This document shows positions 36,843-51,900 of a stretch of DNA of 64,000 bases, one piece after another. Source of the DNA: Podarcis erhardii (Eukaryota). Below the pieces are notes generated by a model that was not told the origin of the DNA, did not search any database, and worked only from the letters and a program-made list of their open reading frames with translations. Made by a program: the position numbers and the translations under genes. Location: assembly GCA_964252035.1 (NCBI GenBank), contig OZ176208.1, one strand, 5' to 3'. Within the stretch, counting starts at the first letter, position 1. Every line of letters begins with the position of its first letter.

Positions 36843-38436
36843 CTAGGAGAGAGGGGAAGTCATTCAGTTAATCATAAAACTGAAACAAAAAGGCTGTGAT
36901 CTCTTAAAGTTACTTTCAGATGCAGCCAATCTGTTTTTTGCAAGTGGGCATTTCCATTTTGTAAACTTGATGTGCCCTTTGGGTAGAATAAGGCCTGAGT
37001 ATGTGGGTAATTGCAGCAAAGCCAATGAGTTTAGGATCAAGATAGGAATCTTATACCCTGGTCTGGTGTATGGAATGGGAAATGAAGTGCTTACTAACTC
37101 TCCCTCCACTTTGCTCTATAAACCCTATGACTTGTCTCTGAAGTGTTCTATGAATGGAATGGCTTTCAACTGAGCAGGAGCTCCCACTGACTGAAGCGGC
37201 AGAAGTTCTGGAGGATTCCGAAGGTGAAGGGTTTTAACTCAATGGCAGAGCAACTGCTTAGATGGACCAATAGTATATGACAGCTTCCTACGTCCTAACT
37301 TTGCACAAAGTCTTCGTAGCACAAGGGACTCCATGGGCTGGGGTCCACTTCTGCCAACTGGATTTGTCTGTTTAGCGAAATTCAGGATCCAAGCCTCTAT
37401 TTGTAAATATGGAAATGTGCATGCAGCACTGAGAGATCACAACCTAGAAAGGTTACAATTTAACTGCAATTTCTTACTTGACAGTAAGAGATAACCTAAT
37501 CAAAGAAACAAAAGCAAAGTTGCTAATTTTGCCTTCTTGTTGTTTGGAAAATTTATAAATGGGACTAACTGCAATAACATCAAACACAGATTGCTACGCA
37601 GGGCTTAATGTCAAGTAATAGAAAAGATTCAGGCAGCCTTTTAAAAAAATGGTAAACTGTTACCATTACACAGTCTAAGAATCCACCATGTGTGATGCTT
37701 TCAAAGCCTCCTTTACATATGTTATGAAAGAATCATCAACCTGCTACTGGGTAAGACTATATAACTTATCTTAGTAAAACTAGTATCATAATACCAATAT
37801 CCCATGACTTTGATAACTGCCTACTACAAAACACTCCTCTCATTAACTAGTTATGCTTAACTGCTAAAGGTAGGATTTTAATTGCATTACTTTAAGGTCT
37901 AGCTCGTCTTTGTGCTACTTTTGCTGAGCCTGTGACAGCAACTGTGAAAGTCATTTGTTTATGCCACCTCCTTTGCTCAGCTACCTCATTATGAAGAATT
38001 AGTTCAAAAAATCTGAAACACTAGAATTATAATATTATGAGTCTGTATATCTGTTATGCAATGGAACAGTCAAGACATCCCAGCTCTAAGATGGAAATAA
38101 GCAGCAGTGTAATACTGGGTTTCAAGTGACTAAACTTGATTAAAAAGAAAAAAATTGCACAGGGATGTTTATTTTTAATATGAGAGAGCATTCAAACATT
38201 TGATCCCTCACATAAAACTGAACATGTACCTCGTCTCTAGTATCCTGACTCTTGACTTTTGAAAGAAATACATTCTAATGTTTCTGGATTGATGAAAGCC
38301 GTCTTGCCATAAACTGGCATGAATGCAATTGGTATGGTAGACAAGATCTCACGTGTAGGACCAAGAGTGGTACATTACTAGGCAGCAAAATTAAAAACTG
38401 CCAAGATAAACTTGGAATATGCAACAAATTACATAC

Positions 38437-38580
38437 CAGATAATCTGTGTGGTAGTGAATCATAGTTCTGTTTAAGGAAAGTTTCATTGAAGTTCTTTGG
38501 ATTAGTTGCACCAAAAAGCCGATTCATTTCTTGATTCAACACTGTTCTAACTGTTTCTGGTAGATCTTTGCTTTCAGAAA
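38437..38580 (-). CDS. NAA15: NAA15 exon 18
   Basis: [47 protein letters not shown] (144 nt). Confidence 0.94.
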
Positions 38581-38798
38581 CTGTAATGTTAGAAAACACA
38601 GTTAACTGCTGCAGAATACATTACGCTTTAATACACTTATTAAAGATTGTAGTTGCTTCTTCTATTAAAGCCCCAAGATGGCCTGTCAGAGTTAAATGAA
38701 TAGTAGTTTTGAATTTATAGCAGAATGGGAGACACTTAATTCAATATGCTTGCTTTATTTTATTTTTTAAAAAATCAATCATTTAAACTCATGAACTA

Positions 38799-38821
38799 CA
38801 GTGGTACCTTGGTTTATGAAC

Positions 38822-38862
<41 letters not shown>

Positions 38863-39461
38863 TATTTATACCCCACCCATCTGGCTGAGTTTCCCCAGCC
38901 ACTCTGGGCGGCTTCCAATCAAGTGTTAAAAACAATACAGCATTAAATATTAAAAATTTCCCTAAACAGGGCTGCCTTCAGATGTCTTTTAAAAAGAAGC
39001 TAACTGCTTATTTCCTTCACATCTGAAGGCGCCACATGGCAGGCGCCACTACCGAGAAGGCCCTCTGTTTGGTTCCCTGTAACCTCACTTCTCGCAATGA
39101 GGGAACTGCCAGAAGGCCCTCGGTGCTGGATCTCAGTGGGCTGAATGATAGGGGTGGAGATGCTCCTTCAGGTACACTGAGGCCTTTAGGGATTTAAAGG
39201 TCAGAACCAACACTTTGAATTGTGCTCGGAAACTTAATCTAATCCAGAAGTCCATTCTTAAAACAAAGGTTCTTAAACCAAGGAGTGCTTTCCCATAGCA
39301 GCGGGGGACTCAATTTACAAATGGAACACACTAAACAGGAAGCGAAACATGTTCTGCTTCCAAGGCAAAGTTCGCAAACCAAAACACCTACTTCTGGGTT
39401 TGCAGCGTTCTCAATCCAAGTTGTTCATAAACTAAGCTGTTCTTAAACCAAGGTACCACTG
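38799..39461. mobile_element. Tc1/mariner-type MITE split by an L2 insertion
   Basis: TA|CAGTGGTACCTTGGTTT ... AAACCAAGGTACCACTG|TA perfect TIRs; body interrupted at 38822-39233. Confidence 0.85.
38822..39233 (-). mobile_element. L2 LINE 3' end with (TAA)13 tail
   Basis: Reverse complement aligns by eye with 15207-15582. Confidence 0.85.
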
Positions 39462-40019
39462 TACTTTATACTGAGTGACAGAAATGGTCTGTCTAGTTCA
39501 GTGCTGTTTATTCTGACAAGTTTTGGTTCTCCAGGGTGAAATTTGATAATTACTTGGAAGTAGATAAGCCCTGCTTTACAATGAGAAACCAAACAGAGTT
39601 GTGGGCAGAGCTTTCCTGCATTTTGTCTATCTCCAAGAACACTGCCCCACCCCAATCCCAGCCATTCTTTTCTTTACTGCTCATGTATTTCGTCAACATA
39701 TTGATTCTAAAAAAACAACAACACCCTAGTATTGTGCAATTTCCTCCCTTCTCTGAAGAGGCCCATAATGATAAAAGGTAGCATACTGAACCAGGCATTT
39801 TAAACTTGCAAGTATTATGCAGTAACTGAAAGATAAACTGAGGGAGGAGAGAGAGAAACTGGACAGATCCATGCACTCCTTTTAAAGAAATATCAAAACA
39901 AATAAGAAAATGTAATGAATTTTGCTGTTTGTATTTGAGTAAACTGCTCATAGTCCTTATCAGGTATAAGGTATGACTGACTATAATAGCGTCTGGAATT
40001 ATGATTGCTAGGTTCATAC

Positions 40020-40118
40020 CACTGCTGAAGAGGTGAATCATACACTCATGGAGCCATGGATGACTAGGGTCAATAGCAAATGCTCTCTTCACAGACTGCA
40101 GCATAAGGAGGAATTTTT
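40020..40118 (-). CDS. NAA15: NAA15 exon 17
   Basis: [32 protein letters not shown]. Confidence 0.95.
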
Positions 40119-40659
40119 CTGCAGGAGACAAAATAAATTGGCACCACATTACAAGATGTTCTAATGTACTAGGGAATTATACTCAGAAAATAAATACAAC
40201 AGAAAGCCTCATTATACTTTAGATGTTATGATCAAGATAATTACATTTGAAATTATAATGATTAGAATAAATGAGATGAAGGTCATTATGTTTATAGGTT
40301 CTACATTTTCAGCAGAGGGGTATGCCATGGTCATGCAACCTATATACCAATATAACAAGTTTTATTCAACTTAAATGCAGTTAGTTCTGGGAACTACGAA
40401 ACGAAATAAGCTGGCTTGGACCTAAAGAGCCTCTCGTGCAAATGGAAAACATTTCTGCTAGTGAGCTGAAGATTTTCTAGCACAGCACTCCTGCCTTCTA
40501 AAGGCTTCTCCTAGAAGTTGGGGGACCATTATAAGCAGTGTCTGATAATGCAGATAGTGCTGTTGCACTTAGATCCTGCTTGGAGGCTTCCCAAAGGCAT
40601 TTGTTTAGCGACTGTGAGAAGCTGCTGGACTGGAAAGCTATGTAGGGGGGAAAATGTTC

Positions 40660-40705
<46 letters not shown>

Positions 40706-40745
40706 TATACCCTGCCCATCTGGCTGGGCATCCCCATGTGTACAG
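40660..40745 (-). mobile_element. (TTA)n microsatellite with very short L2 3' end
   Basis: (TTA)n followed by tttataccctgcccatctggctggg, as at 38861-38890. Confidence 0.7.
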
Positions 40746-41367
40746 GGCCTTTGGATCAAGACTTAGCTTCGCGAAATATTTTAACTATGCTACGGTATGT
40801 TTAGGATATTCTTTTTTTTATTTATATGGCTAATACTGGAAAGTTATTGGTTTTATAAAGATTACTATTTTTTTCTCATAAACCTGACATACTACAAGAG
40901 GCAGCAATGCCTTTTAGCTTGCATACCAAATGCCAAGCAGTGAGAGAGTTAGATTTTTTCAAAATGTAATCTAAATACCGGACGTCAACATTTCTTCCAG
41001 ACTGTCAGTTCTGACAATCAAAATTTGTTGATATAGACCACCTTAGGGCCAACGGAGTCCTCAAGCTCTTGGCAATCACAAACAATGCATAAAACAATTC
41101 TGCAAGAGAAAAAATCTGTAATCTTCTGAAACATGGTTTCCTTTTGTGCAGGGTTCTCAACTTACTTACAAGAGGATTCTTTGTTTATAAAAAGAACTCC
41201 TAAGAAAATAATGGCAACTCATTTCAACTGATACCCAAGTGGGGAAGGTGTCTGAACACTCCATCTGAAGGCCCAGTATGGTATGGAAGAAAACAGGAAG
41301 ACTGACTCCTGCTCCTTCTAACATCTGCATGAGTCTTGCTTTTGTACACTGGTGTATTTCTACTTCA

Positions 41368-41493
<126 letters not shown>

Positions 41494-42511
41494 CTAAACA
41501 TGCATTTTTTTTGGTGACAAAACAGGAAAAAGTTGCAAGAGGACTTTTCAGAAGAACACTTGTCAGACAGAAACACTGCTTTTCCTGACAAACACCAATG
41601 AAGAAACTAGAACTCTTTCATTCCTAGTGCCCAATGTCAGTAGAGGCAAGGAGCAGATTTACTCCTGGCCACAAATACAGTCCATATCCCTTGTAAGTGG
41701 CTGCTATTCATTTCTACAGGCAAAAGTAAAGCATTGCACACAAATCTTGTGGTTTTAAGCAAAATCTGGCCTCCTGGTACTAGATATCCCTGTCACTAAG
41801 GCCTGGGCTACACAGGTGGAGCAAATGTGCATTATCTCTATACTGGGTTCCTTACAATATATAAGGCCTTCATTCATACATCCCAGATAAAACAGGTGTA
41901 TGTGTTCTTATATGGACCCAATTCAAATGCTGATAAACCACAACATTTGGCCCTCAAACTCATCTTCACAGAGGCATGCCCACTTACATGATGCTATATA
42001 TGAGGCAGGTAAAGTTGAAGCTGAGCCAAAAAGGGGTTTACAGACAACACCAATCAGCTGACAGCTGCTGCCTGCAATACCCTTTGCAAGATGCTTTGAA
42101 TTCCTGCTGCTTGGAGCACACCATGCACAGCCAAAGTCCCAACATCAGTTCCCTTTGGGAACTCCCTAATGCAGTTGAAGGGCCTGAATAAAGTGATTTG
42201 GGTTTTGTCAAAGCACTTCCTCCAATACTTCAAATACAAACTGCTTTTTTTAAAAAAGAAAGAAAATAATGCTGTATTTAAAAAATAGAGAGTCTCATCT
42301 GCCCCAAGAAGCAGTTAATATTCAAAGCACTTGAAGAAGCACAAATGATTCAGCTGTTTCTGGTTTCATTCTTCAGTGCAACAAAACAACCGTGAAAATG
42401 CCCTGAGAGAAGCTGCTACTTGTGATTGAGTCAGCATGCAAGAGTCACTTTTAGAGTGATATACTTTTGTGTGGGAGTCTCTTCAAATAGTTCTGTGTAA
42501 ATGGTTGCTCA

Positions 42512-42760
<249 letters not shown>

Positions 42761-42948
42761 TTATGAATAGAACGATTCCTTAAAAATAACAAACCCTAGA
42801 TTCTTGCAGCTCAGGTTATTAATATCATTTTCTAAGTTTTCTCAAATTCCAAATCATGGCCCAAACCTGGATGACTTCCGTTAGAAAAGGCATAGTGGCT
42901 TATCTATAATGCAGCCTCACCCAGAACTACTTGGATTGCCACAATATA

Positions 42949-43361
42949 CCGTATTTTTCGCACCATAGGGCGCACCGGACCATAGGGCGCACCCAGTTTT
43001 TAGGGGGGGGGGGAAATCAAGGAGAAAAAAATTCCGCCCCCCCCCAGCCCCAAAGAGCAACGTACAGGCTGCACACAACCTCTCCCTGCCGGAGGGGTTG
43101 CGCGCAGCTATGGAAGAAGGCAAGGCAGCGAGTGGGATGGATCCCGCTCGCCGTTTTGGCTTCCCCTTTAGCCCCGTGCAGCCTCTCCTTGCCGGGAGAC
43201 ACTGCGCAGGGCTAAAGAAGCCATAGCCCTAGCAGCCTCTCCCTGCCGGAGGGGTTGCGCGCGGCTATGGCACAACCCTGCATTCGCTCCATAGGACGCA
43301 CACAAATTTCCCCTCAATTTTTGGAGGGGAAAAACTGCGTCCAATAGAGCGAAAAATACGG
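42949..43361. mobile_element. Tc2/pogo-like MITE, CpG-rich and apparently young
   Basis: TA|CCGTATTTTTCGC ... GCGAAAAATACGG|TA; subterminal ccatagggcgcac twice; internal duplicated cctctccctgccggaggggttgcgcgc.gctatgg. Confidence 0.88.
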
Positions 43362-43714
43362 TACGTTTTGTAACTTATCCCAGAAGATCAAGAGAATATG
43401 CAGAACCCTTAATTTGTACATTTTCAGAACATGAAGTCCACGTGAATGTATAGTTAGGATGCTTTTAAAAAGTTATTAGATGGCCAATATATAACACTGC
43501 AACTCCTTAAAATGTAAGCTATATATTTAAATTTTTGACCTGTTTTTTTAAATAAAAAAACACAAAAAAAAAACAAAACAAGCAAGCAAAGCACAGCATG
43601 CACCTTTTACAGCATCACAACTCCCCCCACCAATTTTGTGTCTCATGGCAATGGAAATGACACAAAAGGACAATATGGCTCACTATATACAAAAAGCATA
43701 GTTTAGAATAAACT

Positions 43715-44030
43715 ATGGTTCAACTTGCAAAAGCCCTTTACTCCTCATTTGCTCCTGGCTATGCTGCTCTGTGGAGGAAACAAGCTGGGAAACAAGACTG
43801 CTTTGTGATGTGCAAACTTGTTCTCATGGTTTGTTTCTCTCCAACAAACCATGAGCAAAGACCAATCTTTGTTCCTCCAAACAAACCACAAGCATTATGA
43901 CCAGCCAGATTCTGGCTTGTTTCCTTTCCCACATGGCACAGTGAGGAGCAGGGAAGGAGCAAGGAGCTTGAGTGTGTTAAACCATAGTTTATTTTAAAGT
44001 GTGGTTTAACATTGCGTGAGAAATGAGCCA
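43715..44030. mobile_element. possible decayed Harbinger-type MITE
   Basis: Recurrent aaacca.(g/a)gttt motifs also at about 13340-13570, 63250-63330 and 63885-64000. Confidence 0.35.
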
Positions 44031-44040
44031 TAAAATACTA

Positions 44041-44268
<228 letters not shown>

Positions 44269-45064
44269 CTAACAAAATATCATGTTATTTAGTAAGCATG
44301 GGGAAGTACAATGAGAAAAGTTCCAAAACTAAACTTCAGAACCATAAACAGAAGCACTGATGACACAATTGAGCAGAACCCAAAATTTAGCATAAAGAGG
44401 CCATAATTCAGTGATAAATCATGCACAACCCAGACAGAAAGTCATGATTCAGTCCCTGGTATCTCTAGTTCAAAAGGCTCTCTCATAGCAAACCAGGACT
44501 GAACCTTTGCGACTCTGAAGGCCAAATTAGATATGGCATTATGCAAGCACTGCATACAGCAGTCTTACATTGGAACGTATTTCAAAAACTAGTGTTAAAT
44601 CAGAGGCAATTCCAAAAAACAGTTTGGCAAATGAGGAGTATTTCCTATAGGCTCACGTGCTCTCCTCCTCTTTTCTGTAGTTTTTCATGCTATCTAAATG
44701 ATGTCTTTGATTCCAAAGAAGGTTTGAAGTGGGTCTGCAAACTGTGGTAACCGTACTTTGCTAATTCAAATGTCATGGTAAGCTAGGGTTAGCGAAACCA
44801 AAAACATGGGGAAGGAAACCTGAATGTGACAGGGGAATAGGGAAATGGAACCTACGGTCCCACAGATTCTTCTCCATCATCAAACTATGTTTTGGTGTTA
44901 TGTCTGAATTGAACGCATTATAAATTATGGCCTTAAGCAGTATAATTAGAGATAAAGCACAGCCCATGTTTAGATACTCTTGAGGTTCAGAACAATACAC
45001 TTAAGAGATTCGTCAGACTTGATTCCCGAGAACGGACCACTAAGAAATATTAAATTGGTCATCA

Positions 45065-45202
<138 letters not shown>

Positions 45203-45608
45203 CTAGAAAGGAAAAATTAGAAAAAATAAATAAATACAAGGCAAGCTGCTACAAATATTCAGCTTATAAATATACAGTTAACTAAAAAGGATATGCAATA
45301 TTTTGACTCTGAAAGGTATTTCTAAAAAACGTTTTCGTCTTTCTTACAGCAAGAAAAACATGTTTACATAGTATGGCCAACATTGCAGACAAGTGCAACA
45401 GACAAGAAACAACACATCAATACTGTGTCCAAATGTGAATTTCAAAAATTTGAAGGTCAAAAGGTCAAAAGGGGCATTCTAGTACACGCTGAAATGCTTT
45501 GTTGCTGTGACTGGGGGACAGGTAGGAAAGTCAACGTTAATAAAAGGGAAAACCTCATTTAGAAACTGAAATGCTTTACTTTAATGAGAATAACAACTTC
45601 CTTCAGGT

Positions 45609-45738
45609 CAGGAGTAGTCAACTGTGGTGACCTCTGGATGCTGTGAACTACAACTCCCATCAGCCTTGACTGTTGGCCATGATAACTTAGGCTGATGGGA
45701 GTTGCAGTCTGAACCACCTGGAGGGGCTAGTTACCCCC
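45609..45738. mobile_element. degenerate hAT-type MITE
   Basis: ggatgctgtgaactacaactcccatca..tgatgggagttgcagtc matches the 19727 family layout. Confidence 0.6.
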
Positions 45739-45812
45739 AATTCAGACACTGATTTACTTACATACTTCTATCCCATGCTTTGGCATCCAAGTAACCCCTA
45801 AAACTCTTTTTA

Positions 45813-46196
<384 letters not shown>

Positions 46197-46289
46197 CTAA
46201 CAATACAATTATGCTTACTCTGAAACAAAGGTCAAAATGCTCTAGGGAGTTTACTCCCAAGTAACTGTGCATAGGATTATAACTTAAAT

Positions 46290-46413
46290 CAGGGTTAGCC
46301 AACATGGTGTCCTCCAGATGCTCTGGACTTCAACCATTATCATGCACAACCATTATCATCCGACAGCAGTTGTATTCTAAAATATCTGGAGGGCACCACA
46401 CTGGCTACCCTTG
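46290..46413. mobile_element. hAT-type MITE (older)
   Basis: cagggttagccaacatggtgtcctccagatg ... atctggagggcaccacactggctacccttg. Confidence 0.65.
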
Positions 46414-46421
46414 GTTGAGAT

Positions 46422-46556
46422 CAGGGCTTCCCAAACTTTGGTCTCCAGCTATTTTTGGACTACAACTCCCACCATCCCTAGCTAGCAGGACCAGTGGTCA
46501 GGGATGATGGGAATTGTAGTCAACAACAACTGGAGACCCAAGTTTGGGGAACCCTG
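46422..46556. mobile_element. hAT-type MITE
   Basis: TIR CAGGGCTTCCCAAACTT / AAGTTTGGGGAACCCTG; imperfect 8-bp TSD GTTGAGAT / GTCTAGAT. Confidence 0.82.
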
Positions 46557-47171
46557 GTCTAGATCATCTAAGCCATCCTTTCTTATTTAGTAATCAGTTA
46601 TCCTTCTTTTTTTTCTTTTTTGGGAAATGCATCCAGATCCTCTAAAATTGGTATCTGAATGCATGGCTTAAGTACCAGGAGACCAGGTATCATTGGCCAA
46701 TAGAGCAAAAGAGTAATAGAAAGATAGCATGCTGTATGATACACTGAAGTCCCACTCTATAACAAAGAGCAGCCAAGTTCTCTTCTGACTTGCAATCCCT
46801 GTCAGGCACATTTCCAAGTTCTCCTCTACAACCATGATGAGTAGAACAACTGGTGCTAGCAGCAGCTGTACGGATGGTAGCAGAGATTGGATTTTTTTAA
46901 AAAGAAAAAAAACAACAACAACCCAGATACTGAAGTTCTGTGCCAGACACTGCTATGATGATTATATACTACCTCCAGGAGCAGAGGTAACATGCCCCTG
47001 ATTTTCAAGTGCTGAGAAACAGTATCAGGAGAGGAATTTTGCCCAAATGTCCAGCTTGTGGGCTTCCCAGAGGCATCAGGTTGGGAAACAAAAAGCTGGA
47101 CTAGAGAGGCTTTGGGGCTGATCCAGCAGGGTTCTTTATGCTCTTATGAGCCCTGACCGACAGCCAAATCA

Positions 47172-47447
<276 letters not shown>

Positions 47448-48162
47448 TCACAGGGTTTTTTTCCCCTTTCCATTTTATAGTAAGCTGCACAAGGAAAAAC
47501 CCAATGGCATGCTATTTGCTACTGACTGCTGAGAAGCTATTATATAGAAAGGGGGTGGACTGGTCTGTGAAGCTTATTAAGATACAGATGGTTTAAACTA
47601 TTCCATTTCATGCTCATACTCTCATTTCCCCCTTTATATATCAGGTTATATAACTTAACTAGAGGTGTTCTACAAAGTACCCAGGTATTCTACAAAGTAC
47701 ACTTCACATCTTAATGTGAGCTGGGCTGAGGACTCTTGTGTTGAAGCTGCAGCTCTAACATAGGAATGAAGGGCAGGCCCAAGTCACCAGGTGCAGCTCC
47801 ACAGCTCAGCTGCATCACGGCAGCATGGAGAAAGGGTGCTAAATGTGAGTATATGTGAGTGATACAACCCTTCATTTAAGCCACTGCCATCTAAGCATGG
47901 AGCAGAATGAGCTTGGCTGCCCAAACATGGCTCTACCCATATGATGCAAGGCTGTCGGCTATGGCACACCCTGAGTTCAAATGATCCTAAGACTAGATAA
48001 GCCTGTGATAGAGGAAACTATGGGCAGGAACAGGTATGGGAGGTGCAGGTGCAGGTGAAAACCAGGCTACATGGATTGTTTGATGCCTATTCTCCACCGC
48101 AACCGCTTTCTTGAGGAGCTTATTCCTAGCTACAGAATAATAATATAACATGTGGCACTCAC

Positions 48163-48235
48163 CATTTGGGTTAAATAATCTGCAGCTTTTCAAAGAGGTT
48201 TCATAACCTACCACTAGCTCTTCTATGATTGCCAC
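48163..48235 (-). CDS. NAA15: NAA15 exon 10
   Basis: [24 protein letters not shown]. Confidence 0.95.
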
Positions 48236-48342
48236 CTATAGACACAAGACAACAATTAAATAAAGTACCTATTAGTAGTTTAATTCAGCAGACTGCAAAT
48301 TCAGAGTCAAACCCATCTCCATAAAGTCCTACTTCATAAATA

Positions 48343-48575
48343 CAGTGGTACCTCTGGATGCGAACGGAATCCATTCCGGAGCCCTGTTCGCATCCAGAAG
48401 CGAACGCAACCCGCATCCGCATGGGTCGCCGCTTCTGCGCATGACGTCATTTTGACAGTCTGTGCATGTGCGAGCGGCGAAACCCAGAAGTAACACACTC
48501 TGTTACTTCCGGGTCACCGCAGCGCGCATCCCGAAAATACTTATCCCGAAGTTACTTCAACTTGAGGTATGACTG
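48343..48575. mobile_element. Tc1/mariner-type MITE
   Basis: TA|CAGTGGTACCTC ... GAGGTATGACTG|TA; same family as 804-1049. Confidence 0.82.
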
Positions 48576-49441
48576 TAGAAGTATAAATCAGAATTGGAAG
48601 AATGAAGTGTTCTGTCCACATAAGAGTCTGGTCAGTAACTACTTTTACAGGAGGGTTGCTTTACTTCCTACTCAAGAAGTGATGGGCTAGGCCGCAGCCA
48701 AACATCCCACAAAGTGGACTAAATCCTTCTAAATTGTTCTCTTGCCATTAGGCTAACAACTAGGGCCCCATATTTAACAAAGGAGCTTCCAGATCTTGAA
48801 CCTATTTCTAGAAAATACTTCACGGTTTAATTGCAGCCAATAGGTTAACAGCAGTTACTTTATATAACATTACACTGCACATTCAAGGTATGACATTAAT
48901 CAATAGTTTACCACAGACTCTCAACAGAAGCCTAACTTGTAATCCAAGAATAAATTACCTAGTCCTACAAAACACATATCATAGCTTTGCGAAACTAGCC
49001 CATCATGATCATCATTTAAGTTTCAGCATGTAAGGGGTCTGTTTTATAGCTCATATTCTAATTCCCTATACATAGGGGCTCAGTCAGTTCACAAGTACTC
49101 ATATTTCAGATGCACACATATACTGCTTGATTACATCCCAGACTGGGAATGCATTCAGGGCCATCTGGGGAAGCTGCAAACACACTGGCAGTAAAGAGAT
49201 TTTGGCCCATGAATATTGTAGGGATCCTGGAACGAAATTGTTGTATCTGTTCTTGCTTTACCCAGTCTTTCCATCCCCAACAAATTTACATCCTTAACCT
49301 GGTTCTATGAAAATTAACATTCATAAAGGACATTATTGTGAATCTCTACAGAAGTTTTTAGGTTCCAGATAGGCCTGTTCAGCATAAGAAAACATAATGA
49401 TACACGCTTAGTGTCTGATGGACTTTTCTAAGAGAACATTA

Positions 49442-49636
<195 letters not shown>

Positions 49637-50289
49637 TCAAATGAAGTGCTACATTAATCACTCTCTTTCTTAGGCTAAATTAAGGTGAAGTTTAATATCT
49701 CCTGCAGTGCATGGACTTCCCTCTTTGTCTCTACATTTCTATGGGGTGGAGAACCGGAACACAACTCTGCCAATCACTTCAACAATGCCCCGATTGAAGC
49801 ACCTGTGACTCTGGACTTCCGGACTTCCGGAGGCGGCGCGAAGGGTAATGGCTGCCCTTTCCTAACGGCTGCCCTTTCCTAACTGTGTATTAATGTAACA
49901 TTTTTATATGTAAACATTTTGTAACTGTGTATTTTTGTAATATTTTGTTTGGGTTATATGTTGTTGCTTCTTTTTTTTTACACCGCTTTAGAGATATTTT
50001 TAATATATTAAGTGGTATAGAAATTAAATGATCAAATCACCCTGACTTATGGCAGTGTTGGCTCAGGCTAATGGGAGTTGAGAATCCAACACAGCTAAAG
50101 GGCAACAGGTTGGGAAAAGCTGCAGTATAGAGACAGGATATGAAAAGTAATCAGGAATTAGGAACTATGCTTTCTAATGTTTAAAGCTGGCTAAAAGAAA
50201 GCAAAATTTTGATGCAATTTCTAGGTGGCTAATAACAAGGTGATGCAGCAAGAAAAGGAGGCACTCTAATATTGTAACTCATTCTCCTA

Positions 50290-50424
<135 letters not shown>

Positions 50425-50814
50425 TCATTTGGTATTTAAGATGGCCAATAATTTTCATGATTCCAAACGTAACTGAAATTACATTCACTTGGGTAACTTC
50501 CATGGACAAAATCCAGAGTGTCCCTTTTCATACTCCTGGTGCTTGAGCAGTAGCATCCCCCCCCCCCCATTTACACAGGTTTCACATGCCGGATTGTAAA
50601 CTGCTCTTGCAATTTCCCTATATTTAAAAAACAGGTTCCTACACTGCATGACTGTATTATTGGGGGGGGGGGGAAATTCTCACATGAATTTGTCTTAACC
50701 CCCCTTTTAAAGCAGTCCAAGTTGGCAGCCATTACTACATATTGTACAAGTGACAGATGGCATACTGAAAAGAAGAAACCAAAATAATTTTTGGCTTGCA
50801 TGCCATCATGCAAG

Positions 50815-51900
50815 GATTGCGGATTGTGCTGCCTTCAAGTTATTCCTCTGACACAAATGGTACATCAACAGTACATTAACAGTGCCACCTTATTCTCAGG
50901 AATAACGTCCCTTGACACAAACAGCGTCCATCCGCAGGCATGGACCCCCCCCCCATGGTATTGAAAGATGCTTAAGAGTTACAGAAGAACTGATAGGATC
51001 ACACACACTCCCTATATTTCCAATGGGAAAAGGCTGCTTCTGTTCCAGATCTTCCAACAGTGACTGGAGTTTTCCCGTCACCACTTGCTTTGCCGTCTTG
51101 CTGAAGAATACAATAATCTCTCAGGCCAAAAGATCTAAATTAGGCCTCTCAACAAGTCCCGCTTTAAGGGCAGTAGAGACAACTGCATCCCTCAAGAAGG
51201 TATTCACAACTTCCAAGGCCCACATGGACAGCTCCATTCTGACAGAGTTTAACAGCCAGGATGGGCAGGGATCCAGACAAAAGGTAGGCCTTACTCCACA
51301 GATCACCCTTTTCCAGTCCAATGAAGAAAACTTGTCCAGTGTGTGTCTTGCTACGTGTGCTGGTCCAAATACAACTGAAAGAGGCCCACAGTTGTCATGG
51401 AGGCCATCAAATCCTGAGCTACCTCCTAATAATGTATCTTCAGTGTGAATGCTAAAGTCTCTGAAAATAATCAGCCTTGGGGTCCTTTATACTACACTCA
51501 GAGCTGAAGCAGAAAGAGTGTTTGGAAGTGGCCATGTTTCAAGTTCCCAACACCAACTGCAGAAACTTTATCCTGGCTACCTGCTCAACAGGATACCTGA
51601 GCAGGGGAGCAAATCATTAAGGCTCAAACAACCTTGCTGTCCCTCAAGTGTACACTGGTGTCATGTCCTGAAACCTGGATAATATATTTGGGAAAAGTAA
51701 CTTACACCCCACTTCATCCAACCAGGTTTCAGTGGCACAAGCGTGATTGATCTATTCTTGCACAAGGGGGCCAGTAACAACTGACTCCTGGTCTTGACTG
51801 AGCTGGCATTCAGCAATGGCATGCTTGAGGGTAAAGCAGGTAAACCTTCCTGATTACCAAGATTGGAGGGTGGGCAAGACGGAGAGCAAGTGCAGAACTG
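50815..51900 (-). mobile_element. ancient L2 ORF2 internal fragment
   Basis: Minus-strand peptides VRPTFCLDPCPSWL, EVVNTFLRDAVVSTALKA, QVVTGKLQSLLED resemble the L2 endonuclease-RT linker, with stops and frameshifts. Confidence 0.65.

Noticed and set aside
38437-38580. NAA15 exon 18 three nt shorter than the recalled human exon
   Set aside because: Consistent with absence of a tandem NAG acceptor; a one-residue difference of little significance
39550-40149. 199-aa - strand ORF
   Set aside because: NAA15 exon 17 plus read-through into AT-rich intron; only 40020-40118 is homologous coding sequence
47668-47700. TTCTACAAAGTAC repeated with a 7-nt spacer
   Set aside because: Small local duplication with no element between the copies
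50912-51448. 178-aa + strand ORF
   Set aside because: Antisense to a decayed L2 ORF2 fragment
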